Positions 52,006-62,567 of a DNA stretch of 64,000 nt are shown here, piece after piece. Position 1 is the first letter of the stretch, and every line of letters begins with the position of its first letter. Position numbers and translations under genes: made by a program. The stretch lies in contig JAYFMW010000020.1 in assembly GCA_042408215.1 (NCBI GenBank), positions 1 to 64,000 of the forward strand, in the 5' to 3' direction. Source of the DNA: Microcoleus sp. Its GTDB lineage: Bacteria; Cyanobacteriota; Cyanobacteriia; Cyanobacteriales; Microcoleaceae. The notes beneath the pieces are model-generated. The model was not told the origin of the DNA. It saw nothing but the letters and a program-made list of their open reading frames with translations, and did not search any database.

Positions 52006-52137
52006 GGTGCGTCGCCATCCGTAAATCTGCAAGTTCTATCCAAGATCGAAGAGCGACGCACCCTACAGATTAACACTTCAGTCCTTAAATTAAAATAATC
52101 AAAGACTAAAGTCCTGACTGCGAACCAGACTGCCAAT

Positions 52138-53073
52138 TTAACTGTCTTGTTCGATTTGGGCAATTAACTCTTTCAAAACTTTACTAGCTTTGTCATGGTC
52201 AATCTGACAAGTTCCGGCATTCGGGTGTCCGCCACCACCATATTTTAACATTAACTGTCCAATATTTGTCTGAGAAGTTTTGTTGAAAATGGACTTGCCA
52301 ACTGCAAACACTGTGTTTTGTTTTTTCAGCCCCCAAAGTGCGTGAATTGAAATATTGCACTCAGGAAACAAAGCGTAAATTGCAAATCTATTTCCGGCAT
52401 AAATTGTATCTTCGTTTCGCAAATCCAAAACAACTAAATTATCATAAACCTTGGCGCAGCGCTGTATTTGCTGTTTAAACTGATCTTCTTGATCGAAGTA
52501 TAGATCCACTCTTTCTTTGACATCGGGAAGTTCCAAAATTTCTTCAATTGTGTGATTTTTGCAGTAATCAATTAACTCCATCATTAGCTGGTAATTGGAA
52601 ACTGTAAATTCCTTAAACCTTCCTAAGCCGGTTCTGGAGTCCATGATGAAGTTTAACAGTACCCAGTTTGTAGGATGCAAAATTTCTGCTTGGGAAAATT
52701 TGGCGGAGTCAGATTTGTCAACGGCTTCCATCATCGCGTCGGAAATTTGAGGAAACTTTTCTGGGCCGCCATAATATTTGTACAGTACCCTAGCTGCTGA
52801 AGGTGCATAGGGGTCGATGATGTGGTTTCTTTTGATTTTTGGATGTCTGAGAGTTTCGCTGAAATGGTGATCGAAAGCTAGATGAACTCCTTCAACATAG
52901 GGTAAATTAGTGCTAATATCGTTGTTGGTTATGGCTATTTTTCCGTCCTGCATATCTTTAGGATGCACGAATTTAATCTCGTCGATCAGGTCGAGTTCTT
53001 TCAAGAGAACGGCACAGACAAGACCGTCAAAATCGCTGCGGGTGACTAATCTGTATTTTTGAGTGGTTGACAT
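52138..53073 (-). CDS. DHH/DHHA1 phosphoesterase (nanoRNase/exopolyphosphatase-like)
   Basis: RSDFDG, FDHH and GGGGHPNAGT. Confidence 0.88.
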   Translation of the reverse strand: MSTTQKYRLVTRSDFDGLVCAVLLKELDLIDEIKFVHPKDMQDGKIAITNNDISTNLPYVEGVHLAFDHHFSETLRHPKIKRNHIIDPYAPSAARVLYKYYGGPEKFPQISDAMMEAVDKSDSAKFSQAEILHPTNWVLLNFIMDSRTGLGRFKEFTVSNYQLMMELIDYCKNHTIEEILELPDVKERVDLYFDQEDQFKQQIQRCAKVYDNLVVLDLRNEDTIYAGNRFAIYALFPECNISIHALWGLKKQNTVFAVGKSIFNKTSQTNIGQLMLKYGGGGHPNAGTCQIDHDKASKVLKELIAQIEQDS

Positions 53074-53139
53074 ATGCTTCATCGCTGCGGAGGGACTGAA
53101 CAACAGCTAATATAACTTATTACCCGATCGCACTACAAT

Positions 53140-54309
53140 ATGAACGCTGACCCTTATGCTTGGATAGAGAAGTCTCTCGACACTGTTCGCCGCGCCGATT
53201 GGTATCGATCGCCACAGACGATCGAAAGTTGCCCAGGCCCTAGGGTAAAATTAGCAGGCGACTGGCTGATTAATTTTGCCAGCAACGATTATCTGGGACT
53301 AGCCGGCGATGACAGGTTAATTCAAGCGGCTATTTCTGCAACAAAAGAATTTGGTACGGGTGCGACTGGTTCGAGGTTGCTCAGCGGACACCGGGATTTG
53401 CACCGACAGCTAGAACTGGCTATCGCTAATTTAAAACAAACTGAGGATGCTTTAGTATTTAGTTCGGGATATTTGGCGAATTTAGGGGCGATCGCCTCGA
53501 TCGTCGGCAAGCGCGATTTGATATTATCTGACAAGTACAACCATTCCAGCCTGAAAAATGGAGCGGTACTCAGCGGAGCTAAGACTGTAGAATACGATCG
53601 CTGCAATCTTGAGGATTTGAGAACTCTGCTTGCTGAAAAGCGCGATCGACACCGCAAGTGTTTAATTGTTACCGATAGCGTTTTCAGTATGGATGGGGAT
53701 TTGTGCCCATTACCGCAGTTGTTAGCTTTGGCCAAACAATTTAACTGTATGGTGTTAGTAGACGAAGCTCACGCTACAGGAGTTTTCGGTGCTAGCGGTG
53801 CTGGTTGTATAGAACATTTCGGGTGTACCGGAGAAAAATTGATTCAAGTTGGCACACTCAGCAAAGCTTTGGGAAGTTTGGGCGGCTATGTTGCCGGTAC
53901 TTCTGCTTTAATTGATTTTCTCCGCAATCGAGCTCCGAGTTGGATTTATACTACGGGATTGACACCGGCGGATACAGCGGCTGCTTTGGAAGCTGTGAAA
54001 ATTGTACAACAAGAACCCGATCGACGACTGCGACTACACCAAAATATCAAAAATTTCAAAGATAACGCGATTAGCAATTACCAATTACCCGTTAGTAATT
54101 CTGATTCCCCAATTTTCAGTTTTCTCTTAAAAGATGCAGCCACAGCTTTAGCTGCTAGCAGCAAGCTGAAGGAGATGGGTATTTTTGCGCCGGCGATTCG
54201 GCCTCCGACTGTGAGTGTGAGTCGAATTCGGATTTCGCTGATGGCAACTCATGAGCTCGCACACCTTCAGCAGTTGGTAGAGGCTTTGAGGACGATCGCC
54301 CAAATGTAA
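53140..54309 (+). CDS. bioF: 8-amino-7-oxononanoate synthase
   Basis: SNDYLG, FSMDGD, DEAH, TLSKALG and IRPPTV. Confidence 0.94.
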   Translation: MNADPYAWIEKSLDTVRRADWYRSPQTIESCPGPRVKLAGDWLINFASNDYLGLAGDDRLIQAAISATKEFGTGATGSRLLSGHRDLHRQLELAIANLKQTEDALVFSSGYLANLGAIASIVGKRDLILSDKYNHSSLKNGAVLSGAKTVEYDRCNLEDLRTLLAEKRDRHRKCLIVTDSVFSMDGDLCPLPQLLALAKQFNCMVLVDEAHATGVFGASGAGCIEHFGCTGEKLIQVGTLSKALGSLGGYVAGTSALIDFLRNRAPSWIYTTGLTPADTAAALEAVKIVQQEPDRRLRLHQNIKNFKDNAISNYQLPVSNSDSPIFSFLLKDAATALAASSKLKEMGIFAPAIRPPTVSVSRIRISLMATHELAHLQQLVEALRTIAQM

Positions 54310-54629
54310 GACTATTTCTCAAAAGTTGCCGATCCGGGTAGGGACAAGGCATAGCCCATAGGTGTCAACAAACACATCAAACGTAGTACCAGCCTATTGT
54401 CTTCCTTCTACAGTCTTCCCGATCCCCCCTAACCCCCCTTAAGAAGGGGGGGACAGGAGTCCGATCAAAGTCCCCCTTCTTAAGGGGGATTTAGGGGGAT
54501 CGAGACTAGGTTACAAGCGAGATATACAGAGGGTTTTAGTCTTAATGGGAATTGTCAAGATTTCGCGATTGACTTATGCGGGAGATAATACACTATTTTG
54601 GTCGATCGGTCAATATTTGTAAAATTTTT

Positions 54630-54643
54630 GTAAATTTAGATAC
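54630..54643. promoter_or_regulatory. NtcA binding site
   Basis: GTA-AATTTAGA-TAC, 17 bp before a TATATT -10-like box. Confidence 0.7.
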
Positions 54644-54711
54644 TTTTTGAAATTTCGCGCTATATTAGAGAAGTAGCAAATACACCAAATTTAATATAAG
54701 GAACGTCCATC

Positions 54712-54861
54712 ATGAACACAAATCGTCAAAATGTAAGAAAAATAGCTGAAACCCACCGCGCTAATATTCAGAAGCAACTGATGCACCGCATCGAAGTAGC
54801 TAGAGCCAGTGGCAACCAAGATTTGGTCCGGGTACTTGAAGAAGAAATGAGACAGTTGTAA
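54712..54861 (+). CDS. pirA: PII-interacting regulator of arginine synthesis PirA-like (49 aa; absent from the ORF track)
   Basis: AAGGA RBS, then MNTNRQNVRKIAETHRANIQKQLMHRIEVARASGNQDLVRVLEEEMRQL. Upstream NtcA box. Confidence 0.8.
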   Translation: MNTNRQNVRKIAETHRANIQKQLMHRIEVARASGNQDLVRVLEEEMRQL

Positions 54862-55033
54862 ACAAGCGAGAACTGAAATTTTTCTGTCTAGAATTTGTCT
54901 GTGAATTTGAGATGATTGCGTGAGAAAAGCAGAATTCCCGCAATCAATGCCTGTTAAGTTTTCACTCCTCTCTTAGTCGGTAGAAAAAGTCCCGGTTTCT
55001 TGAAGAAATCGGGGCTTTTTGTTGAGCCTGGTC

Positions 55034-55460
55034 GGACAAGGCAATGCCGTTTCCCTACCCCAAAATAAAATCAATCTTCCTCCTTCGGATGTAACCATCG
55101 CCCGATTAATTGTAGCCAGGTCGGACACTCAAGCGTGCCCATAGGTGTCAACTTAAGGTCAAACCCAGTCATAGACTGTTGTTTGACTATTAAATCTAGA
55201 TCCCCCCTCACTTGCCCCCTACTCCCCCTTAAGAAGGGGGGGACAGGAGTCTTTTCTTTCGTCACCCCCTACTCCCCTTCTTAAGGGGGATTTAGGGGGA
55301 TCTAGACTTAGGTAAAAGCGAGATATACCAAGGGTTTCAGGCTTAAGTTGACACTAATGGGCACCCGAAAAGTGTCCCTACCCCAAAATAAAATCAATCT
55401 TCCTCCTTCGGATGTAACCATCGCCCGATTAATTGTAGGGAAACGGCACTGCCGTGTCCT
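55034..55460. mobile_element. BIME-like REP cluster with nested TIR-MITE (55137-55362)
   Basis: Duplicated linker of about 60 bp (ccctaccccaaaataaaatc...aattgtag) and the same nested composite as at 40073. Confidence 0.75.
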
Positions 55461-55513
55461 GATTTCGGGTAAGATCAATTCCGATGCCACCGGATTTGAT
55501 AGAAGGCCTTTAA

Positions 55514-56881
55514 TTACCTGCCGCCGACGACGACATTTTTAATCCGCAAATGGGGGCCGCCGACACTTACCGGCAAGCCGCCTTGACCGGCTTTGCCGCA
55601 GCCGCCGCAGGTATAAACTGAATCATTTCCGATCGCCTCAATATCCTTTAGCGTCTGAAATACGTTGCCGCTTAAGGTGACATCGCTGACAGGTTCAGCT
55701 AATTTGCCGTCGCGAATCATGTAACCTTGAGCCGCCGCAAAGGTAAACATTTCGCCGTTGGTTTGTCCTCCTAACATCCGCACTGCATAGACTCCTTCTT
55801 CGATGTCGGCGAGCATTTCGTCAAAAGAATCTGATCCAGATTCGATCGCAGTATTAGTCATCCGCACAATCGGCATAAAAGTAGCACTCAAAGCCCGGGC
55901 ATTTCCCGTCGGAGATTCACCCATTTTACCCGCAGTCTCGCGATTGTGCATTCGTTGGGTTAAAACGCCATTTTTAATTAAATGCTTGCACTGGGCGGGT
56001 ACGCCTTCGTCATCGTATTTCAATGTTCCCGGTAATCCCGGCAAAGTCGCATCGTCAATTACATTCAATTGTGCGATCGCCACTGGTTTTCCCAAAGTCA
56101 ACAATTCCTGCATTTTTGGGTTTTCGTAAATGCCGTCTGCTTCCGACAAATGACCGAAAGCTTCGTGAATAAATACCCCTGACAAATAAGGGTCTAAAAT
56201 CACCGGATACTGACCGCCTTTAACCGATTTTGCATCGAGTTGGCTGACAGCTCGAACGGCGGCACTTTTAACTTGGTCTTCAAGATTTGTCAAGACATCG
56301 TAGTCCGATCGCGAATGAATTGACTCAAACCCTTGCCGGACAATGCCGCCGTCACCGCGAGCGATCGCCCCAAAACGCCCGGTGACATCCAACCGCTCTT
56401 GAGCGATGCAAGTTCCTTGAGAATTCACAAAATAAGTAATGCCGAACTTGTCGCTATAACCAGCCATTGTAGTCTGAATTCGCGGGTCATAATCTAATAG
56501 CAATTGGTTGTAAGATTCCAGCAACTTTCGTTTTTCTGCTAGGGTAACTTCCCGTGGATCGCGGCCCAATTCCACCGCTACATAATCTTGAACCGGGGCG
56601 ACATCTGCTAGTAGAGTCTTTTCGCTACCTACTAAGCGAGACTGAACCACAGCTTCTTCGATGCGGTCTTTTAATTCAGCCAAACCGTTAAAAGTAACAA
56701 AACTCCAGCCACCTTTGTGACAAGCGCGGATGCCGCCGGCTAGACTAAAACTGCGGTTGACAGCATCTAACTGGGGGCCGCGAAAACTAATAGCTGTTGA
56801 CTCGCTTTGTTCGAGGCGAACTTCTAGATAATCTACCCGATCGCGGTAAGGTGCGATCGCTTCCATCAACTGTTCCTGCAT
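55514..56881 (-). CDS. tldD: TldD metalloprotease
   Basis: HEAFGHLSEAD, YDDEG, RMTNT and CGK. Confidence 0.92.
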   Translation of the reverse strand: MQEQLMEAIAPYRDRVDYLEVRLEQSESTAISFRGPQLDAVNRSFSLAGGIRACHKGGWSFVTFNGLAELKDRIEEAVVQSRLVGSEKTLLADVAPVQDYVAVELGRDPREVTLAEKRKLLESYNQLLLDYDPRIQTTMAGYSDKFGITYFVNSQGTCIAQERLDVTGRFGAIARGDGGIVRQGFESIHSRSDYDVLTNLEDQVKSAAVRAVSQLDAKSVKGGQYPVILDPYLSGVFIHEAFGHLSEADGIYENPKMQELLTLGKPVAIAQLNVIDDATLPGLPGTLKYDDEGVPAQCKHLIKNGVLTQRMHNRETAGKMGESPTGNARALSATFMPIVRMTNTAIESGSDSFDEMLADIEEGVYAVRMLGGQTNGEMFTFAAAQGYMIRDGKLAEPVSDVTLSGNVFQTLKDIEAIGNDSVYTCGGCGKAGQGGLPVSVGGPHLRIKNVVVGGR

Positions 56882-57211
56882 CTATTTACCCCTATAGTGA
56901 TTCGCCGTAGCGCTGAATATAATATAGTCCTGGACGCAAAAAACCCGGTTTCTCCGAAAAATCGTGCATTTTTTCGAGAGATATTGACGCAGAAACCGGG
57001 TTTTTGACCCCGCGTGCATAAGTCCTATAATAATTCCTAACTTTAGTTTAATCTTTTTGCTAAATCTGCCAAAAGTCGATCGCCCATTCTGGCAGATATT
57101 CCGGGACTCCCCAAATTTGGGGCTGCTTAACTTTTTGGCAATTATGTATGAATCTATACCAGAACTCTTGCAGTTAACTACGGATGTCGGACTAAAATCT
57201 ATCTATCTTAA

Positions 57212-57458
57212 GTAGGGACACGGCAATGCCCATTAGTGTCAAATTAAGGCTGAAACCCTTGATAAATCTGGGTTTTACGCCAAGTCTAGATCCCCCTAAA
57301 TCCCCCTTAAGAAGGGGAGTAGGGGTTGACTTTGATCGGAATCTTGTCCCCCCCTTCTTAAGGGGGGCTAGGGGGGATCTGGCCTTAATAGTCAAACAGC
57401 AGTCTCTGACTGGGTTTAACGTTAAGTTGACACCTATGGGCACGCTTGAGTGTCCCTA
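57212..57458. mobile_element. Nested REP / TIR-MITE / palindromic core composite
   Basis: Inner terminal-inverted-repeat element at 57228-57441. Confidence 0.8.
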
Positions 57459-57493
57459 GGGGGATCTTAAATTAGAGACAAATACACTACCTG

Positions 57494-60400
57494 ATGAAAA
57501 AATTCCAAATTTCACCGTACTTAGCCGCAATTTCCGCAGCAGTAGCAATTTTGACTGGTGTCTGCCTTTTAGATCGATCGCAACAGCAGCGGTTTTGGGA
57601 GTACAACCGCGCTAGCACCCTCAATCAACTCAGCACAGTCCGTTCCAAGCTCGAAGGCTCTTTGAATTCGCGACTGTTTCTGATGCGGGGTTTGGTGGCT
57701 TCTATCTCAAATAACCCAAATATCAGCGCAGCGGAATTTGCAGCTACGGCGAGAATTCTGCTGGCCAACCAAACAGGCATTCGCAGTATAGCTTTAGTTA
57801 AAGGCACGAGCATCGCTTATATTTATCCGCTTGTAGGAAATGAATCGGCGATCGGGGCTGACTTGACTAAAATACCTCAGCAACGACAAATGGTCGCAGA
57901 GGCGATCGAGACTAGAAAAACTGTACTTGCTGGGCCGATGAAATTAATCGAGGGGAACATAGGGTTTATCAGTCGATCGCCCATTTTTCTCACACCCCCC
58001 GGCGCAGATCCCGAAACAGGGGTTTTTTGGGGCTTAACAAGCCTTGTCATCGACCAAGATACCATCCTCCAGGAGGCCCGGATCAAAGACCCCTCAGCGA
58101 AGCTGCAATACGCTCTGCGAGGCAAAAACGGCAAGGGTGCGTCCGGGGAAGTGTTTTGCGGCGACGGGGCAGTTTTCCAGCAAGCACCCGTACTGCTGGA
58201 AGTGATTTTGCCCAGCGGTTCCTGGCAGTTGGCAGCAATTCCCCTGGGGGGATGGCCATATAATTCGCCGTTTCGGGGGCTTTTGCTGGGTGGTGGTGGC
58301 TTGCTGGCACTTTTGAGCGGGGTGGTGGCGTTTAACTGGGTGTACGGTTCTAGAAAGTTGCGGGAAAGCGAAGCTAAGTATCGGCAATTGGTTGAGAATG
58401 CTAACAGCATCATTGTGCAGTTAGACAGTGAAGGAAATATTGCTTTTTTTAACGAGTTTGCTGAATCTTTTTTGGGGTATTCAGAAGCCGAAATAATTGG
58501 CAAAAGTGCGATCGGCACACTTTTTACGTCGGCAGATATGTCGGAAAATGACTTAGTAAGAATGATTCAAGACTGTTTGGAAATCCCGGAACACTATTTC
58601 AAACATGAAAATGAAAACATCCGTAGCAATGGGGAAAAAGTGTGGGTAGATTGGAAAAATCAACCTTTGCTGGATGCGAAAGGACGCTTGACGGGGGTGC
58701 TGTGTATTGGAACGGATATTAGCGATCGCAAATTTGCCGAAATAGCCCTGCAAGATTCTGAAGCAGAATTGCGGGCCTTGTTTGCCGCCATGAACGACGT
58801 AATTTTTGCGATCGATCGGGAGGGACGCTACCTGAAAATTGCGCCGACAAATCCCGATCTTTTGTACAAACCGCCGGCAGAAGTTATCGGCAAAACTATG
58901 CAGGATATCCTGCCCCCAGAAACCGCGGATTTTTTCCTGAGTCAAATTCAACTTGCTCTCGATACAAAGCAGATGCTTTCACTAGAATATAGCCTGCAAA
59001 TTGGCAACAGAGAAAGTTGGTTTGCTGCTAGCCTTTCACCAATGCAGTCAAACACTATTCTTTGCGTAGCCCGCGATATTACGGAGAGCAAGCAAGCTGA
59101 AAGTTGGTTGGATGGTCAAAAACAAATATTAGAAATGATTGCTAAGAGTGTTCCTCTGGGCGATACTTTAAATGCCTTAGTTAAAATGATCGAGCAGCCA
59201 TCTAGAGATATGATGGGTTCGATTTTACTTTTAGATAAAGAAGGCAAACACCTGATGCACGGAGCTGCGCCCAGTTTACCTGAGAGTTACAATGCTGTTA
59301 TTCATGGTACTGCGATCGGTCCTAATGTTGGTTCCTGCGGCACTGCTGTCTACCGTCGCGAACAGGTGATCGTTACAGATATTGCCAGCGATCCTTTGTG
59401 GGCAAATTATCGAGATATAGCTATAAAATTTGGACTAAGAGCTTGTTGGTCTACTCCTATTTTCTCATCTCAGGGTCAAGTCTTGGGAACTTTTGCGATG
59501 TATTATTCTGAGCCACACACTCCCCTAGATTTTGAGTGGCAATTAATCGAAGCGGTAAGTAATTTAGCCGGAATTGCGATCGAGCGCAAACAAGCAGAAG
59601 AAAGTCTTAAACAATTGAATGAAGACTTAGAAAATAGAGTGTTCGAGCGGACATCGGAATTGAGCAAAGCTTTTAACCAGTTGCAAACAGAAATTGCCGA
59701 ACGCCAGGAAGCAGAGCAAGAATTAATAGCCAGCGATCGCAAATTTCAAAAGCTTTCGGCTAATTTGCCTGGGGTGATTTATCAAAGTTTATTGAGTCCA
59801 GATGGCTCTGTTAGTTTCCCTTACATGAGTCCGGCTTGCCGAGAAATCTTTGAATTAGAACCAGAAGCAGTTCAGCAAAATTCTGATTTGTTAATAGATT
59901 TGGTTCATCCCGAACACCGCCAAAAATATCACGAATCCCTTGCTATTTCTGCCCAAACTCTGCAACCTTGGCAGTGGGAAGGACGGCTAATTCTTCCCTC
60001 GACCAAAATTAGATGGTTTCAGGTGATTTCCCGTCCAGAAGCTAAGGAAAACGGCGATATTCTTTGGGACGGTATCACCATTGATATTACCGATCGCAAA
60101 CAAGCTGAGTTAGCTTTGCAAGAGAGTCAGCAGTTTATTCAAAAAATCGCCGATGCTACTCCCGGTATTTTGTATCTCTACGACTTGGAAGAACAGCGAA
60201 ATGTCTACGCTAATGCTTCGATGGGTACACTTTTGGGCTATACATTTGACGAAATTGAAGCGATGGGTGCGTCGCTTATGCCTCAGTTAATCCACCCGGA
60301 AGATTTGACTAAAGTTGCAGAACATCATGCTAGCTTTGCAGGAATTCAAGATGGGGAAGTTTGGGAAATTGAGTATCGGATGCTGGCGGCGAATGGTCAA

Positions 60401-61441
60401 TGGTTTTGGCTGCAAAGTCGGGATACTATTTTTAGCAGGAATTCAGAGGGACGGTGCAAGGTGATCGTTGGATTTTCTCAGGATATTACGACTCGCAAAG
60501 CAGCAGAGGAAGCACTCATAAAAAGTGAGGTGCGAGAAAGAGAAAGATCTCAACAACTCGAAGAAGCGCTGCGGTCATTGCGCTCTACTCAAACTCAGCT
60601 AGTTCAAAATGAAAAAATGTCTTCCCTGGGGCAACTGGTGGCCGGTATCGCTCACGAAATCAACAATCCTGTTAACTTTATTCACGGTAATATCACTTAT
60701 CTCAATCAGTATACCAAACAGTTGCTAGACTTGGTAATTCTTTACGAACAGGAGTATCCCGAACCTAATTCAAAAATTCTCGATCGCAGAGAAGAAATAG
60801 ATTTAGATTTCTTAGCTGAAGACTTAACAAAAATTATGGGTTCGATGCAGGTGGGAACCGAGCGGATCAGGCAGATTGTTTTGTCTCTGCGTAATTTTTC
60901 GCGGCTGGACGAATCGGAAATGAAGCCGGTCGATCTTCATGGAGGTATTGAGAGCACTTTGTTGATTTTGCAGCACCGTTTGAAGGCTCAGGATTCATGG
61001 CCTGCAATTCAAGTAGTTAAGGACTTCGGCAACTTGCCGCTGGTGGAGTGCTACGCGAGCCAACTTAATCAGGTGTTTATGAATATTATTGTGAATGGAA
61101 TTGATGCGATCGAGGAACGATATCACAAGTTATCTGTTGCGGAAGCTGAGGCCAATCCTGGCCGGATTTCTATTTGCACTATGATGACGACTCAGAAAAC
61201 GGTGATGGTGGAATTTTCCGACAATGGTACGGGCATCCCGGATGAGGCGATAAATCAGATTTTTAATCCGTTTTTTACCACGAAAGCAGTGGGGAAAGGT
61301 ACGGGGTTGGGAATGTCTATTTCCCACTCGATAGTTGTGGAAAAACACAGGGGAAAAATAGAGTGTATTTCGTCCAGAGGACAAGGAACAACTTTTCAGA
61401 TTCAGATTCCGATGGGCCAACTCGATCGCTCAAATAAGTAG
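57494..61441 (+). CDS. Multi-sensor histidine kinase (CHASE-PAS-PAS-GAF-PAS-PAS-HK)
   Basis: TM-flanked CHASE-like region, PAS/PAC DIT motifs, GAF GSCGTA, IAHEINNP and FFTTK...GTGLG. Confidence 0.92.
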   Translation: MKKFQISPYLAAISAAVAILTGVCLLDRSQQQRFWEYNRASTLNQLSTVRSKLEGSLNSRLFLMRGLVASISNNPNISAAEFAATARILLANQTGIRSIALVKGTSIAYIYPLVGNESAIGADLTKIPQQRQMVAEAIETRKTVLAGPMKLIEGNIGFISRSPIFLTPPGADPETGVFWGLTSLVIDQDTILQEARIKDPSAKLQYALRGKNGKGASGEVFCGDGAVFQQAPVLLEVILPSGSWQLAAIPLGGWPYNSPFRGLLLGGGGLLALLSGVVAFNWVYGSRKLRESEAKYRQLVENANSIIVQLDSEGNIAFFNEFAESFLGYSEAEIIGKSAIGTLFTSADMSENDLVRMIQDCLEIPEHYFKHENENIRSNGEKVWVDWKNQPLLDAKGRLTGVLCIGTDISDRKFAEIALQDSEAELRALFAAMNDVIFAIDREGRYLKIAPTNPDLLYKPPAEVIGKTMQDILPPETADFFLSQIQLALDTKQMLSLEYSLQIGNRESWFAASLSPMQSNTILCVARDITESKQAESWLDGQKQILEMIAKSVPLGDTLNALVKMIEQPSRDMMGSILLLDKEGKHLMHGAAPSLPESYNAVIHGTAIGPNVGSCGTAVYRREQVIVTDIASDPLWANYRDIAIKFGLRACWSTPIFSSQGQVLGTFAMYYSEPHTPLDFEWQLIEAVSNLAGIAIERKQAEESLKQLNEDLENRVFERTSELSKAFNQLQTEIAERQEAEQELIASDRKFQKLSANLPGVIYQSLLSPDGSVSFPYMSPACREIFELEPEAVQQNSDLLIDLVHPEHRQKYHESLAISAQTLQPWQWEGRLILPSTKIRWFQVISRPEAKENGDILWDGITIDITDRKQAELALQESQQFIQKIADATPGILYLYDLEEQRNVYANASMGTLLGYTFDEIEAMGASLMPQLIHPEDLTKVAEHHASFAGIQDGEVWEIEYRMLAANGQWFWLQSRDTIFSRNSEGRCKVIVGFSQDITTRKAAEEALIKSEVRERERSQQLEEALRSLRSTQTQLVQNEKMSSLGQLVAGIAHEINNPVNFIHGNITYLNQYTKQLLDLVILYEQEYPEPNSKILDRREEIDLDFLAEDLTKIMGSMQVGTERIRQIVLSLRNFSRLDESEMKPVDLHGGIESTLLILQHRLKAQDSWPAIQVVKDFGNLPLVECYASQLNQVFMNIIVNGIDAIEERYHKLSVAEAEANPGRISICTMMTTQKTVMVEFSDNGTGIPDEAINQIFNPFFTTKAVGKGTGLGMSISHSIVVEKHRGKIECISSRGQGTTFQIQIPMGQLDRSNK

Positions 61442-61584
61442 TAGGGTGCGTCAGCGGAGATGATTTTCTCTACGCATTGATTGGCTACCAACTGACGCAC
61501 CTTACAAGTTAGTGACTAAAATAGATCCAAGCTGCTTGGGAAGCAGTGCTGAATAAAACCTTTAATTGTATAAAATTAAAACTC

Positions 61585-62439
61585 ATGGCTTTAATCATCG
61601 AAGCGTTGCACGCAATGGGACACAATGTCCGCTGGATGTCTTGGAATTTGTTTTTAGGTTTAGTACCGCTGGCGCTGAGTTTTTGGCTGTTTCGCAAACC
61701 CCGATCGCGCTGGCTGATCTGGGGGACGGGTTTTCTCCTGGGAGCTACTTTTTTGCCCAGTATGAGGCTGTTTTTCTTCTATCTGAAGCACGTTGTGCAA
61801 GATTTGGGTAAAACTTACGTTTTGGGGGCGATCGCCATTACACTCGCATTGATGGCTGTAGATATCTGGGTATTGCGGCAGCGCGGAGTTCGTTCTCTCC
61901 GCTGGTGGGGTGGTTTTTTCTGGTTTATCGCCTTTTTGCCAAACGCACCCTACGTTTTAACTGATATCATTCACCTGATTCGCCAAATTCAGGAGGGAAA
62001 ATCGGTGTGGGTGGTGACTCTAGCTTTGATTCCCCAATATCTTGTGTTTATGCTAGCAGGGCTTGAGGCTTACGTGCTGTCGGTGATGAATTTGGGTTAC
62101 TATTTAAGACAACAAGGTTGGGGTAAATTTATCCTGATAGCAGAGTTAACCATACACGCACTTTCGGCCCTCGGCATTTATTTAGGGCGATTTATCCGCT
62201 TCAACACTTGGGACATCCTGACTAACCCCGATGCCTTAGTTAACACCGTCATGAACGAATTGATTGGGAAACGTCCGGTTTTAGTGATGGTTGTAACTTT
62301 TGTAGTAATTGCCAGTTTATATTGGCTAATGAAGCAAGTCAGCTTGGGGATTAGCCAGCGATTTTACAGCAGCCCATCGCAGTCGGAGTTATCTGGGGAT
62401 AGCGCAACTTCTTCCGGGCCAATCGATTTTAGATTTTAG
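61585..62439 (+). CDS. DUF1361-family membrane protein
   Basis: WNLFLG, FLPNAPYVLTD and GIYLGRFIRFNTWD. Confidence 0.85.
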   Translation: MALIIEALHAMGHNVRWMSWNLFLGLVPLALSFWLFRKPRSRWLIWGTGFLLGATFLPSMRLFFFYLKHVVQDLGKTYVLGAIAITLALMAVDIWVLRQRGVRSLRWWGGFFWFIAFLPNAPYVLTDIIHLIRQIQEGKSVWVVTLALIPQYLVFMLAGLEAYVLSVMNLGYYLRQQGWGKFILIAELTIHALSALGIYLGRFIRFNTWDILTNPDALVNTVMNELIGKRPVLVMVVTFVVIASLYWLMKQVSLGISQRFYSSPSQSELSGDSATSSGPIDFRF

Positions 62440-62567
62440 ATTTTAGATTTTAGATTTTAGAGGCAATCCCAGGGATGAATCCGGTAGCCCCGGACTAAAT
62501 TACTGCGGGAGTCGATCGCAAAACTTGATATGCTATAACTGCCGAAGTAGTTTTGTAAACAGCAAAA

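Noticed and set aside
37379..56881. TldD/PmbA as part of a RiPP cluster
   Set aside because: The genes are about 17 kb apart with no precursor peptide or YcaO-type enzyme; they look like housekeeping copies.
57192..57459. MPIGVNL-type small ORFs (also at 40089, 55071 and 55348)
   Set aside because: They lie within or largely overlap repeated nested MITEs.
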